This document shows, piece after piece, positions 35,291-49,000 of a stretch of DNA of 64,000 nucleotides; position 1 is the first letter of the stretch, and each line of letters begins with the position of its first letter. The notes under the pieces are model-generated. The model searched no databases, had not been told where the DNA came from, and saw only the letters and a program-made list of their open reading frames with translations. This DNA comes from Phoronis australis. Its lineage: Eukaryota; Animalia; Phoronida. Location of the stretch: the NCBI GenBank assembly GCA_002633005.1, contig NMRA01001032.1:2899-66898 (forward strand), in the 5' to 3' direction. The position numbers and the translations under genes were made by a program.

Positions 35291-36199
35291 CAGTTAGTGT
35301 ACGGCGGGTAGAAGAGGATCATGGTTTAGCTGTTACGAAGAAGGGGCGACAAGACGTCAGACTGCATAGAAGCCTGACAACTACTAAGGCAGATAAAATC
35401 ACTGTAAGTACACACATCTACGCGCGCGGCACGTTGTGCTGAGTGGGGGAAGATCAGAAAGGGGTTTCCCTCCCGCCTAAGAAACCTTTGATTTTTGTCC
35501 TTGAAAGGAAGTACTTTCTTGATTTCTGCAGGATCAGCTTGCTAATTTTGCTTATCGATGTCTTTCGTTGAACGTAACACCCTAATTTCGTACCTTAACT
35601 GCTTTCCCGGCGTTCTTCCAATGCATGCAGTGCACAGGTAGATCGAAGGATAGCAATCTTCCATAGGCCCTTCCCCCCTTGGCTGCCGCAAGCAAAACGA
35701 AACGGCAACAACGTGAGGAAATATTGAGTTCAGCAAGTAGGACCGGTAGCGGATGAGGGGGAACTCAGACCCCGAATCGCGGCGGAATCATGTTCCCGAT
35801 TTTTTTTAGTGCACCGATAGATTTTCTGAACAGAAGGTCCACATACCCTACCCGGCAACTTTCGGGTAGCGCTTTGCCCAATTCCCCGAGGCAACATGTC
35901 GGCCCCCCCTTATGGTATCCTAGATCCGCCACTGTCTTCACAAATACTAGATCTGTTTACATCAGATCCGTCAGCTTCAAAAAAGCCGCTATTGTGCAGA
36001 GCTCGGCTGTTGCCCGACAGCTCGACAGCAGGTAACTTTTAGCACCCAGACAAAAGAGAGTTCAAACTTATTTGCCCGACTGGCATATTTAAATGAAAGT
36101 TCTGTTTAGGAATTTTATTCCCTTTGAACGTTAATTGAACAGTAACAGTTTAGTGACCTCCATTCTATCTCGTATATAAAACAGGCTTATAAAAACAGA

Positions 36200-36201
<2 letters not shown>

Positions 36202-36242
<41 letters not shown>

Positions 36243-36268
36243 ATATGTATATGTATATGTATATACAT
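36202..36268. repeat. (TA)n / (TATATG)n microsatellite
   Basis: Directly visible. Confidence 0.97.
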
Positions 36269-37182
36269 AGATTATTACATGGCGAAGTCGTAATCCCCCG
36301 TAATCTAGAAATCGAGTGGATTTTGGAAAATTATCGCTCGAGGGGCTCTAGATAAGGGGTAAATCGACTGAGAACATGTAATAATCTTTTTATACCACAA
36401 ACTGAACGGGGAACATTACAATGATTCGATCTGCCTTTCTCGACTCGCCTCGGCTTTTGTAACTACTTTCTATGTCAGAGGCCTGAGGTCGGAGGTCGTG
36501 ACCTTTCAAGGAACGCCGATTTTTTCTTGTTAAAATGATGTTTTTACTTAAAGCAAAATAAAAATTGAACCAAAATAGAACTAAATTGAATCTGTTAACA
36601 ATTTTTTTTCAAGCATCTACTCTAGTTTACTACACATCTTATCATGCTAAGCTTCCATTGTGAAAATATTGTCTGCTAAAGTAGGTTACCACTGCTTACT
36701 GAGTTTAATGTCCAAGTCAAAGCATCCCGACCACACGTTACTCGCATTCACATTGGAGATCGATGATTTACAAGTGAGAGAAAATAACTGATTAAATTTT
36801 ACTGAATTAAAGATGTCGTTTTCATTGCAATTTTGAGTCTCAGTTTTCATAGCGTATAAATGTCGGTGCAATGCCTTTTGCTGAACATGCTATTGTTGCG
36901 CGTGCTCATTTAAAGTCCTTCTTGCAAACTGCCCTTGTGGTTCCAGTATCCGAAAATACTTACTACATAAATTCTTATTTTCGACACCCTTTCTTTATAT
37001 TCTTTTCGCCTTTCTTGCCAAAAGCGATTTTTAACAGTATTTGACCCTTCTCTCTGAGCGTATGATTACCGGTTGTCATCGGTTATTTCCGTACCCACAT
37101 TTCCGGCTCATCAGTTCAGGAACTTGTCCTGAACGCCGCCATTTTTTCCTTGTAACTGAATGTGCTATGGCTTGCTCGAAAA
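36269..37182 (-). mobile_element. Possible Crypton-like remnant cut by the gap
   Basis: Local inverted repeat AGATTATTACATG...CATGTAATAATCT (36269-36387) next to TA repeats; weak minus-strand NSM...ALHRHL...DIF resemblance to Crypton proteins. Confidence 0.3.
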
Positions 37183-37939
37183 NNNNNNNNNNNNNNNNNN
37201 NNNNNNNNNNNNNNNNNNNNNNNNNNNNNNNNNNNNNNNNNNNNNNNNNNNNNNNNNNNNNNNNNNNNNNNNNNNNNNNNNNNNNNNNNNNNNNNNNNNN
37301 NNNNNNNNNNNNNNNNNNNNNNNNNNNNNNNNNNNNNNNNNNNNNNNNNNNNNNNNNNNNNNNNNNNNNNNNNNNNNNNNNNNNNNNNNNNNNNNNNNNN
37401 NNNNNNNNNNNNNNNNNNNNNNNNNNNNNNNNNNNNNNNNNNNNNNNNNNNNNNNNNNNNNNNNNNNNNNNNNNNNNNNNNNNNNNNNNNNNNNNNNNNN
37501 NNNNNNNNNNNNNNNNNNNNNNNNNNNNNNNNNNNNNNNNNNNNNNNNNNNNNNNNNNNNNNNNNNNNNNNNNNNNNNNNNNNNNNNNNNNNNNNNNNNN
37601 NNNNNNNNNNNNNNNNNNNNNNNNNNNNNNNNNNNNNNNNNNNNNNNNNNNNNNNNNNNNNNNNNNNNNNNNNNNNNNNNNNNNNNNNNNNNNNNNNNNN
37701 NNNNNNNNNNNNNNNNNNNNNNNNNNNNNNNNNNNNNNNNNNNNNNNNNNNNNNNNNNNNNNNNNNNNNNNNNNNNNNNNNNNNNNNNNNNNNNNNNNNN
37801 NNNNNNNNNNNNNNNNNNNNNNNNNNNNNNNNNNNNNNNNNNNNNNNNNNNNNNNNNNNNNNNNNNNNNNNNNNNNNNNNNNNNNNNNNNNNNNNNNNNN
37901 NNNNNNNNNNNNNNNNNNNNNNNNNNNNNNNNNNNNNNN
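37183..37939. other. Assembly gap (757 N)
   Basis: Run of N. Confidence 1.
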
Positions 37940-38524
37940 CTAACCAGCCCGTAATTTCATGCAAGTGTCTGAAACTACCCTTGAATATATGCAGCATTTA
38001 TCATTTGACCATTTTACTTCGACAAAACAGCTTGCAACCGCATGCATTTACCGTTCGCCAGTGTTTGGTCTCGATCCGCACCGGGTCCGATAGGCTGCGG
38101 TCCCGAGTCTGGCAAAATAATTTCTGTCAAAATTTATTCGCCACATTTCTTCAGCAAATTGCATAAAATTGTCCGTAGTTCGATTTTATCAAAATTAAGG
38201 AGCACTGTCGATTTTTTTTATCCACGTTTGCTGGCTGGTAACAGTACAGGCACTGCTCCAGTCGCACTGACGGCGTTTTCACGGCCTGGGTTCCTAAATG
38301 AATTGTACTTCCGGGTTCGCGGCAAGTTCAAAATGGCGGTGTTTCTTCGGGTGCGAATCGTGAGTGGCGCGTTCATTTAAACTGTTTTCGAATACGGATC
38401 GTGTATTAGTTATAGGGTAGGTACTTCTTGGATCCTTATAACATCTTCTAACCATGTAATAAGGGTTAACAACGCGTGACAGAAGGACTTTAAGAATTCT
38501 ATTTTCACGTTCGATGACGTCAGC

Positions 38525-38596
38525 GGCTGAGTGGTGTAGTGGTAAAGTCGGCAAATCGAAAGTTTTGACGCCCGGATTCGAACCCGGTCTCGGTTT
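38525..38596 (+). pseudogene. tRNA-like sequence (pseudo-tRNA or SINE head)
   Basis: A-box TGGTGTAGTGGTAA, B-box-like GGATTCGAACCC, acceptor stem GGCTGAG/CTCGGTT; D and anticodon arms pair poorly. Confidence 0.45.
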
Positions 38597-39100
38597 CCCG
38601 CCAAAATGTTATCTCACGGTTGTATCTGCCATTCGAGGCTAATATTGTGGTATAAATATACATATGCATAGATTAGAAGTTCCATAGTTAAACTACGTGA
38701 AGCCACGTTTCTCACGGGGTGACATTTTTGGGGTTGTATGTAGCTCTCTGTCAACCATACGCGTGGTTATACGCAGATAAGGGAATTTGGTGTATTAACC
38801 TTATTGCAACATCGCATAAAAAGCGCACAATTATTAAACACTAACGCTGACTTTGACGTTGGCCGTTCTTGTTCCATACAACCTGCTTTCTATGAATACT
38901 TGTTCAAATCTCTCACTGTGTTTTTTAATGAAATAGGGGGACGTTTTGTACTGAGAATGAATGTTTTCAAACAGACACAAAAATGATATCACGGTGGGTA
39001 TCCTCACGTTACGATTTAAGTGGCAAACAGAAGCTCACAGCCTCAATTCAGTTTTTCGTAGCGAACTACAGAAGGGCCTAGTTATGTTACAAACAATACC

Positions 39101-40011
39101 GGATTGTTCTAAGACACCCACGACCCCTCGACCCACGAACTTATCGACCCACGAACCCCTCGACCAACGACCCCATCTACCCACGAGCCACTACCTTCAT
39201 CCCCTCGACCCACGGCCCACAACCCCCTCAACCCAGACTACACAAGCTCGAATCGATCTGAACATGGAACAAGCGCTGACTTGCAGGACCAACGACGAGT
39301 CTGGACGTGAGCTCGGGTGGCTTTTCCCTATTGTTTGCAATAAGAGAGTCAATTCCGGAATTTTGAAGACCAAAAACAGAAAAAATGACCAAATCAAATC
39401 AAAGACCTACCGGCGATACAAATGTCGCTCCCGGCAAATTGAAATCGTCTCGTCTACTCTTCAATGAATGGCAGATTCAACCTTTTTGGGAGAGTGCGAG
39501 GAACTGATGGATATGTGATCTCTTCAGTTAATACAGTTTGAAAAAACAAACTGTCAATTAAAAATATTTCAACTTTACTTGGTGTATCTTTTAAACGAGA
39601 ATGCAACAAAACGCAAATAATAAAAGTTTGAAATTATGTACATTCACGTCAGCGTACTCTCTCCCTAAGTTTAGTAGAACAGGGCCATTGGTATCCGGTA
39701 GTGGAACTAGTTTCGTGACAAAGATAGCACGCTCACAATTCGCTATTTCATATCATGTTCTTACGCTACTTTCTGTTTTTAAACACCGGATTTGAGCCAG
39801 AGCAGATTCGCCTTTAAGCAAATCTCATGGGAAAGTCATTCAGCGAAGTAAATATGATTAAGCAATGTGCAAAAAGCGCAAAGATACATCTATTGCTACA
39901 GATCGTGGGTCGAGGGGGTTCTGGGTCATGGGTCGTGGGGGTTGTGGGTCGAGGGGGTATTGGGTCGCGGAAGTCGTGGGGTGTGAGGGTCGAGGGGTTT
40001 TAGAACAATCC
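39101..40011. mobile_element. Non-autonomous TIR element (MULE/foldback-like) with subterminal ACCCACGACCCC repeats
   Basis: Ends GGATTGTTCTAA / TTAGAACAATCC; 9-bp TSD AACAATACC / AACAATACT; mirror C-rich and G-rich repeat arrays. Confidence 0.85.
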
Positions 40012-40619
40012 AACAATACTGACCTTGCCGATAGCTCCGAAATAATTAATTGAGGTTGGCAACCTCTTCGTTTCCAAGAAAGGACTACTCTGCATCCGAT
40101 GGTGTCAAGATTTTCTCGAGATATTGTAAGGGTTGAACCAAGGAACCGTTTTCAAATTCTTTTGAAACAGCACTCGCTGTAGAAATATTAATAGTAATAC
40201 TAATTATAATGATAATGATTAGCCAAATTCAAGCCATGTCAGTCCGGAAGGTTTCAAGAGGTATACGAATGGTATTGCCCAAAAGGATGTTTTCTCACAA
40301 CAAAAATGCTCCCCAAAAGGTGCCATTTTCCGACGAAATACTATCTAAAAGGGCGCCTTTTCTGAATTTCTGGAACATATCTGGGCAAAAATGTGAATTT
40401 TGTACCCAAAATTACACTCTAAATGAGTCACTTTTTGTCGGAGCTCACTCTCTAAATGGGTATGTATCCAAATTTTCAAGCGGCACCCCTCGCCCAAAAA
40501 TACTCGCGTACCCCCGGCCGTGTCAAACACCACTTGTTCGTGATTTTTGTCATTTACTTTGTGATATGATGTTGGATCCATAAAATGTAACTATGGCACA
40601 TTTCTCGCATGCACATTCG

Positions 40620-40750
40620 ATATAAAATGTAACAATTACGTAAAATGAAAGAGCTTGTTACAATTTAGGAGAGGCTTACCAACGTAAAATGTAAGAATGA
40701 CGTAAAATGTAAGAGTTGTTACATTTTACGAAATTGTTACATTTTACGCC
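40620..40750. repeat. CGTAAAATGTAAC direct/inverted repeats (MITE fragment)
   Basis: Several TAAAATGTAA copies followed by inverted TTGTTACATTTTACG copies. Confidence 0.55.
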
Positions 40751-42850
40751 GTATCAACGCACCTCCGCCGGTCGTTAGCTACATGTTGATATAGGTTTTG
40801 CAACGAGCTGTGTGAAATTTCGGGTCGAAGTTCAACAGAGTGTAGCCAGCCAGCTAGCTGCATGAAAGCTATCGTCAAAATACATTATATATTTAGTGTA
40901 CAGCTTAGCACCAAGGCTACACACAGTGGTACCTAACTGTATTTTAATATTTGTCTGCATGCAGCTAGCTGGCAGTCTAGTTACGACGATGCTTTACCCG
41001 AGAACCAGTTATCCTCGAACGCGTTTTGACTTGACTAAAACGTCAAATTTGAAAAAAAGTTTTAAAATTAACGCAATGGATAAAATTGCATTTCTTTAGC
41101 ACACAAATATGCGATGTGGTTGGTTTTTAATTTTAAATGTTGTTGTAGTCTTAGGGCCAGAGAGTACTGGCGCTCCATTTTCCTGTTCCTGGAAAAGGCG
41201 TATGATTTCATCATGTTTACTCTGTTCGCTGTTTATATCGCCTGAACAACTCGATGTCGGACACTGTTGTTATCGTTGATGACTGTGCTGGTACATGTAA
41301 GCCCGTACAGGAGTGCAAAAGAGACAAAAATAACAGTTTGTAGTTATCCGCTGTACGTAAATTGTTCAAGTTGGACTCGAACAGTAATGAAGTATAATGC
41401 CAAGAGCGGGAGTTTTTGGTTAGGTCTTCTTTCAATTATTTAAATGTTATCACAATGGAGTGGGGGCGGTCATGTTTAGTCTCCGGCGGTCCTGTTTTGT
41501 GGTGGGGCGGTCATGTTTTTAAGTGCGTAAGTTCCCTTGATCCGCGTAAGTCATGTTTTGTGACGAGTCGGTCCGATTTGGACGACCGATGGGAATGTTT
41601 GGGGTCCGACGGTCATGTTGTTTCTCACCCGCGAGCTGCTCATCCCTGGAGCATTACTACGGACATGGTGACTTACGAAAAACGCTTTACGTAACTTCGA
41701 GTTAGTCACTGATTGATTGGAGCACAATGTAAATGCAGCTTTTGTAAATAATAACCATCACAGGTTTTTATTTCTGCGCGCATCGCCTATACATGACCTT
41801 GTAAATGTGGCGGGACGGGCTGTTCTTCGTCATGAGTCACTATTCAAATTCTGATGACCATGTGAGGTCTACTTTAAGCTATTATTGATCGACAAATGCC
41901 CATGCGGGTTCTCTAAAGACCTCGTGCTTCGAGTCAGTCTTTAATCGGAGTTCGCGAAGTGTGGCTGCATCGTTGATAGACATTCAATATTTGATTAAAC
42001 TGCAGTCGCTGGTCTTATTTACTTGAATTGCGAACTCGTGACATAAATATATTACTTAACTATTTATTTATCTATTCATGTTATACTCTACGTACTCTAC
42101 CTCCAAATTTGTTCTTTATTAACCTTCAGACTTTATAATGTACTGTGGATTTAGTCTACTTTGTTTAGCACACTGTTGTACTACTTATCTTGGTAAGAGA
42201 AACATCCCGATGGACTTATGTTGCCTGCTTTATATTCACTGACGTAAAATGACGCTCATGTATCTTGTATCTTGTATCTTGTAGTCAAGCTTCTCCAGAG
42301 ACCAAAGGTGCAAGTTTAGTTACGTAACTTTTTGTCACATATTGATTCGCTCCTGCATGGTAAATATTTTGTAGCCTATTTCATAAAGGTGGTTTAAATA
42401 TTAACCTAATCTGTACAAAGATAAGAACCCATTACCTGGTGATCCGTACTTTTAGAACAGCTGTCTAGCCAAACCTGGTCTAAACCAGTGTTTATTCCAC
42501 CACCGAGATCTGAACTCCTTAGACCTGCGTTTTAATATAAGGTGTTACAGGTTTAACTTGATATCTGGTTAACGTGCCCGATAAATATGAACTCTAACGT
42601 GTAGTGGTAATTAATTTAACTAGGTAACACGGATTCAATCAAAATTCCCTGCAAAGGTGTCTTAAGTAACAAAGTAAGCGAATGACTAGTGACTTTTTCA
42701 ACGAAAAAATGGAATGAAAACTGTCTGTTTCAAGGGTTTGTCGAGTTAGCCGATTTTTTGGTTTCTGTCAAACGACTTTGTTTGAGCTTAGTGTGGTAGA
42801 GTGAAGTTTCTACGGTGACCCATAGATGACATTGCGTGTTTTTTGCTTTT

Positions 42851-43013
42851 CTCAGGATCTCGTTATCCCGACTTAATTATCTTGGGATCTCGAGATCCCG
42901 ACTTAATGATCTCGGTGTATCGAGATCCCGATTAAATTATCTCGGCATTTCGAGATCCCGACTTAATTATTTCGGAATCTTGAAAACCCGACTTAATTAT
43001 CTCGGGATCTTGA
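42851..43013. repeat. 30-bp palindromic minisatellite, ~5.4 copies
   Basis: Unit CGAGATCCCGACTTAATTATCTCGGGATCT in exact 30-nt register. Confidence 0.92.
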
Positions 43014-46000
43014 GCATGGTGCTTCCCTGGCCTCGATATTTTTCGTTCTGTGAAACCAAGCACATCATCAATGTCTGAACAACTGTTACTACACGCAAGA
43101 CCTAGTCTCGGCAGCAAAAGCCGAAGGTGCCTAACGCTAATAATGTAACGCTAATAATGATACCAACAAGATACCCGAGCATGTCCACAGTTTCTGTTTG
43201 CGAAAACCCTAAGTTGGAAGATCTCAAACAGCTTCACCTCTATCCAAGTTGAAATATTCTTGGTAACAGAAATCAAGGCCTATCATGTTAGAGGCCTAAT
43301 TCTGTAATTTTTGTTCTTCAGCCAGCAAAACTAGTAGTTCTGCAGTATTTCGCGGAAAGAGTATCTTTAAAATCACCCCATTAACATCAGAAACGTAAAT
43401 CTGTTGTGGCGTGATAACTCAAAGTCCTGCCCATTCCGCATGCTATCTGGCCTGTTGACAGATGGAGGTGCTAGATATAAGCGATGTCTGATGTTTTGTT
43501 GATGTGATGCGTCTTGATAAGTCTACATGTATTATAAATTGCAGATGGTCTTGATCACTAGTCATGATGATTATGTTGGAGTCATCGAAACATGTTGAAG
43601 CTGAAAAATCTCGTTGTTTTTATTAATAATGTCACTTACTTTTCTTTGTTGAGGGCATAAGCGTTATACTTAAGTTTCACACCAGATAGGGTCGTACGTA
43701 TTTTCACAAACGTTGAAAGTTGAGTCATCTATCTTGTTACTTAAAATATAGAAATGTTATCAGTGCAACTATATTTCATAAAGTGACATGCCCATCACTA
43801 TGTCATGGCTCAGAAATATGAGGTTTTAAGGAGTACGTTTGAAAAGGAAAGGTGCATTTACGTAAAACTATTCTTGGAATACAGTATAAGTAGGAATCAC
43901 CAGCTTTAATTCTATACAGTTTTGCTCGAGTGGTACTCAATTTTTTTCGGTAGGGATGCCGCTGAAAAAGTAGCCTACCTTCGCAACCTTTATTTTCTTG
44001 TACAGAATTCCTACATTGTCTTTTCTTTTAACAGCTGTCACTAATCTTTTAGCAATTTTTAAACTGTTCCCATAAAATTTTCATGTCCCCTCGTGGGTTT
44101 CTGAGTTGTTATCCTTGTCCAACTGAGGCTGAACGCCTTCTGGAACATGTGTTTTTTGCTGTACCGTTTTTACTTGGCGGAATTTTTCGAATTCCGACAA
44201 GTATGTTGGTCTGCCGTCAAGTTTTTTTTTGTTCGATCCGCACAAAATTCGCCTACGACGTGTAAATCTGGAAGTCCTAGAAGCCTGTTGTTTTTTGTCA
44301 TGGTCAGATTCAAAATGGCGGACGTGATGGCCATTTTGTTTCCGGTTTCAAATTCAAATGCTCATTGAGGCCGCATTTTTCAAGGTACAGAGCTGAAACT
44401 TGGAGCGATTATTACCAGACACAAGTTCTACAACTGCGCGGTAAATGGTTAACTTCCGGTTGAAGATGACGGAAATATTGGCTATGGCGCATGCGCACCT
44501 CAATATCTGGGCGAAAACATTTTCTCCTGTAGAGGGCGCATTGGTGAACCAATCATTTTCAATCTCGTCACCTGTTTCGTTTGATTGGCTACTATAAAAA
44601 TAATTTAACCGGATGTTACTTTCAAGATGGCGGCTCTGGCGCATTTTCACCCATTTTTGATCGTTCTGCGGTCGCATTTTTAACGGAAAAGCAAATGACG
44701 TGAATTTTTGCTTGTGGATTTCTTCAATTTTGCAAATTTAAAGCTCTCCGATAACTTTTCTCTCGGACTTGCCGTTTTCGAGTTATTTGACTTTGAATTT
44801 CAAAAAAACCCGAAAAAATTCATTTTTTTCGAAAATTTACGGAATCGTGCGTTGCTATCAATTAAGATAGAGTTTTGAACGGGCTTTCAGATGATGTTTT
44901 CCAGTTTTGGCTAGGACGTCTACTTTTCAAATTATTCGAGATTTTCTGATTTCGCTGTTCCTTTGTTGAGCGCTCTTGCTGCATTGAAGTTGGTTCAGCT
45001 TCTATTGAACAAGACTGCAGCCTATTTCTTAGTAATTTCTTCGCTAGTCACATGAATGTTATCGTGTTGTTCATTATCGCCGCCTTCATCGTCATCATCG
45101 TCGTCGTCCTCCTCCTCCCTATTATCGTCTTTTCGCTTAAATTCGCCAAGTGTCGAGCGCCCTCGTTTGTTATTTTTTTCCTTCACCTAAGGACCGCCTT
45201 AACTGTCACGGGACCCGGAGTTCTGGAACACCATGGTTTTGGGACCGTGAGTGTAATTGATCTTACAAATATGGGTCGATTTTGATAACAGGCCAAAATG
45301 GAAAAAACGATACACGTGTTTATACCAAGAGCTACAACTGTAGCAATGTGTCGCGTGTCTACATCTATGAAACGTAAAAAGTAACGCATTATACCCCATC
45401 TACGGAAATCTATTTGGATACCCCCATCCTTGTGCCAAGCATCACAGCTTTTCTAAATACCCATTACCCTATAACAATAATATGTCAATGTTTGAAAGTC
45501 TCGTTAGTATTTCTGCTTCCTTGAATAGAATCCGACCGAAATTAAAAAAACCAATAAAAATAGTGATTTGCTAACACTTAATCTAACACTTGGCATCCCA
45601 AATTTAGAGCAAAATAGTGAAAATACGATGTAAAAGTATAACCAGAAATTTATAAAACGGCACTCTTCTCTCCGGCCCGCCTTGACGTTCTTATCCAGTT
45701 GACTGGCCCACGGAGTTAAGGACCGTCAATACAGGTCGAGCTAAAAGTATTCAGACGACGTAAAAGCTGGGTGGAAGCCGATTTCATCGTAAGAATAGTC
45801 TTTCCTCATGACCGAGAGTGAAGGGAATCAACAGGAAGCCATTTTACCATGAAGTTTGCCGCCCTAATAGTTATTGCCAGTCATTTTTGTTGTTAAGAGA
45901 CTTAGCCACCATGATGTAAAGGTGGCATTTTGTCTGATTTCTTTTGTGTTGCACTGTACTTTGCTGTGTGCAATGCATGCACCCAAGTCTTAAAGTGGCT

Positions 46001-46028
46001 ATTTTGAAGGAACGTGGCCGGGAGAAAG

Positions 46029-46084
46029 ATGTTGTCTTGTCTTGAGTGGCTCTTAGTGACCTTGGCCATAACCAGCACTGTCAG
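46029..46084 (+). CDS. Copy 2 exon 1, signal peptide MLSCLEWLLVTLAITSTV(R)
   Basis: Homologous to 3780-3835, including the donor and intron start. Confidence 0.8.
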
Positions 46085-49000
46085 GTGAGATTAAAATATT
46101 CTTGATATTTGTGATTCCTCTGCTCATTTTTAGTGTGAATTTGTGTGACTTTTTAAAAATGTTAGCATCAGAGGTGCAAAAAGTATTTCTGTACATTTAT
46201 CTGGGATGATGTAACAACGGCATGTGAATTTTAAGATGATCAAAATTCCTGAACATACACTATAAATAAACATTGGTGACATGCTTCTACCGGTGTTTCC
46301 GCACTGCACTGTACAGTGCTCTACCGTGTGAAAGAACATCTCAGTTGCAGAAAATATACATCTCGTGTTTTATTAAGTATGAAAAAGGTTTCATTTTACG
46401 TACACTACAGTTGGTGAGAATTTTGTGAGCAAAAACTGGCTTGTCCGATTTTCAAAATACATGTACCTAACCATATACTTTTCACGAACTATTTTAAATT
46501 CGCAGAAAGCTCAAAGGACGATTCCATTTTAAGATTAACTAAACAAAAATCCTCCAAAACTCTTACGAAACAGCACGCAAACACGTAGGGAAGTTTAGAC
46601 GTTTTATTCGTGCCAAACTAATTCACCAAAAGCCGTTGTTGCTGCTTCGTCTTAGGACACTTGCAAAACCTGCAAAAACACATCCGCTGGACGTTCTTAT
46701 TATTAATGAAATTTTATTTCTTGTCTTGGTGTGTCCACCACAGAGAATCGAGATGCTAAATTCATGACTGACGCGTTCCCAGATTCCAAATAACCCAGAT
46801 CCGGGTTAAACAGACGGGCCATTTAACAACTCACTGTTTGAACAATTAATCGTTTCAGTGTAAATTTTTGTTTTATTTTTGGTGGTGGGGGATGCTTAAA
46901 ATAATGTATGTTTATCAGGATGGAGTTCCGTAGACGCATCATGCTATGCAAGGTGTGACACGGGCTTCACTCGTAATCGGAATGATTGGCATTGCGTAAT
47001 TTTGTTATCACGTTTTAGTCCCAGTGTGACGGTATGTCTATTCTTATTTTTGGGTCCAAAGTGTGTCATCTACTGCATGACATGTCATCATTAAACATCC
47101 AAGTACGTGGTAACAGCTCAGGAGGTTTTTCACCGGGACTCTAGCGTCTGAAAGAAACTTGTGTCTACGGAACTCTGCCAAGGTTTCTCAGAACCTATTG
47201 ACTTTGCCCAGCAAGATTTCAAGTAAACTCATCAGGAACCACTGGCACTTACAATTATGCCTGCTAAATTAACATTTATACGAATGATTTACAAATCCCA
47301 TTTAAGACTCAGAGGCTTCATTTGTAATAATAGTTGATAAACCAGACCAAATCAAAGTATATACATGCACGCAGTTCTAAATATTTTGATTCTGATGTGG
47401 CTCAAGTCGTGTATCGATACTTTCGCCAACTAAGCAAGACCTTCTTCAAACGATGCATGAATGTGTGCGTACGTGTAGACTCACGTACCTTGCGGGCTAG
47501 GAAGCGTGTAGCACATTTTTAGAATAAATAAAATAAACCTGAAGGAGATTGTTGCTTTGTTAGTAGTGTGAAGGTTAACGTATAAAGATGTTTCAGCTTT
47601 CCTGCCTTATTTTCAAACCGAGTTTGTAACACGCATCTATTCCTAATATTATTCAGATTCAGGAGTTTACCACTACCCGAAGTCAATTTCCCTCACATAA
47701 CATTAAAAACTGTGTAGTCTAGAGATCTGTGCTCCGATCGTGGAATTTGTTTTCAAAATAGAATCCAGTCCTGCGTTGGCTGAACGTTTTCAGCATCAGT
47801 AGTTCTCTTTCACGCATTTCGCTGTCCTTTACGATAGGAGTGTGGACGATGAGATGTGGTGTGACTTCATCGTAGTTGGTGCTGGCACCTCCAGCCTGAG
47901 TCTCGCTGGTAGACTAGCTGAAATACCATCATGGAAAGTCTGCGTTTTTGAGAGAGGTAAGTGGCATCTCAGTTGAGTTTAATCAGTTTTTAATTAGGGG
48001 AGAAAACCCCAGTCTGTAATCGATGGGTGGATGCAATGGAGTTCAAGTGATCCGCTCCTCCATGCACGCGACCAAACAAGCACAGCCGCCATGCCGTTAG
48101 TACCCCCACCCTAACGGCTACCTAAATTTGACAGTGATTTACGATCTTTCAGTGGTACTAAATACAAAACTACGTTACCAACTGGAAAAACATTCACCTA
48201 AAACGTACCGCGTGGCACAATTTAGGAACCAGATTTTGCCTGTAATCAATTATATATCGTACAGTGCATTGTTTTGTAACAGTGATTGAGAGAGAGAGAT
48301 AGAGAAACCCTTTAATTACATTAAATTATGATAATACAGTGCTTAAAGATTCGTTTTCAATTTAGGAGGCCTTCTAAAGGTTATTAACCGCTAATAAGAA
48401 AGACCCATGTACAAAATAAACAAATGGACATGCAAAAATCAGTAGGAATAGGTGGGGAAGCCATATATATAACATACGTGATTGAACTTCCTAAAACCGT
48501 TTGTGGTGGTGATGTAGTAAAATCGTGTCTAAACATCTTGGTCTATTTGCATCAAGCTCTAGCCTATTTTCTTTGGCATATCGTTTGGTTCAGACATTTC
48601 TCCCGGCCGTAAATAGAAGGTTTTGTAGTGTTTTAGGAATAATGTTGTTTTCGGGACCTGTTTGAGCGGGACCTCTGCCAAAGTCATAAACCAAAGGTCA
48701 AAGGTCATGTGTAATGAGTGAAACAGAACGTGACGTCATCTAAAAACCGAAAAGAAGTAAAATGGAAGCCAAGGGTTAACATGCAATCGGTCAAAAAAGG
48801 CTTAAAATGACGTCACAACTAAAGCAGAAGGCAGTCTGCGTGTGTAACAGGAAGTGCGTCTAGAGCTGAAGTGGTGTGCTTTAATGCTGACATGTGGTAG
48901 ACGTGACAACGAAATTTAATAAAAACCGTTATTTTCGATACTTTGAATTTTGGGTAAAGCGTCAGTTTCTGTGTATACTAGCCCCACCTCTCGTCATGGT

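Noticed and set aside
37041-38166. Long ORFs of 264-334 aa
   Set aside because: Artefacts of translating the N gap.
42836-43078. SRLNYLGISR repeat ORF or CRISPR-like array
   Set aside because: Minisatellite with no unique spacers and no cas genes; eukaryotic context.
45052-45285. Hydrophobic 77-aa ORF resembling a membrane peptide
   Set aside because: Derived from low-complexity (ATC/GTC/CTC)n sequence in a repeat-like region.
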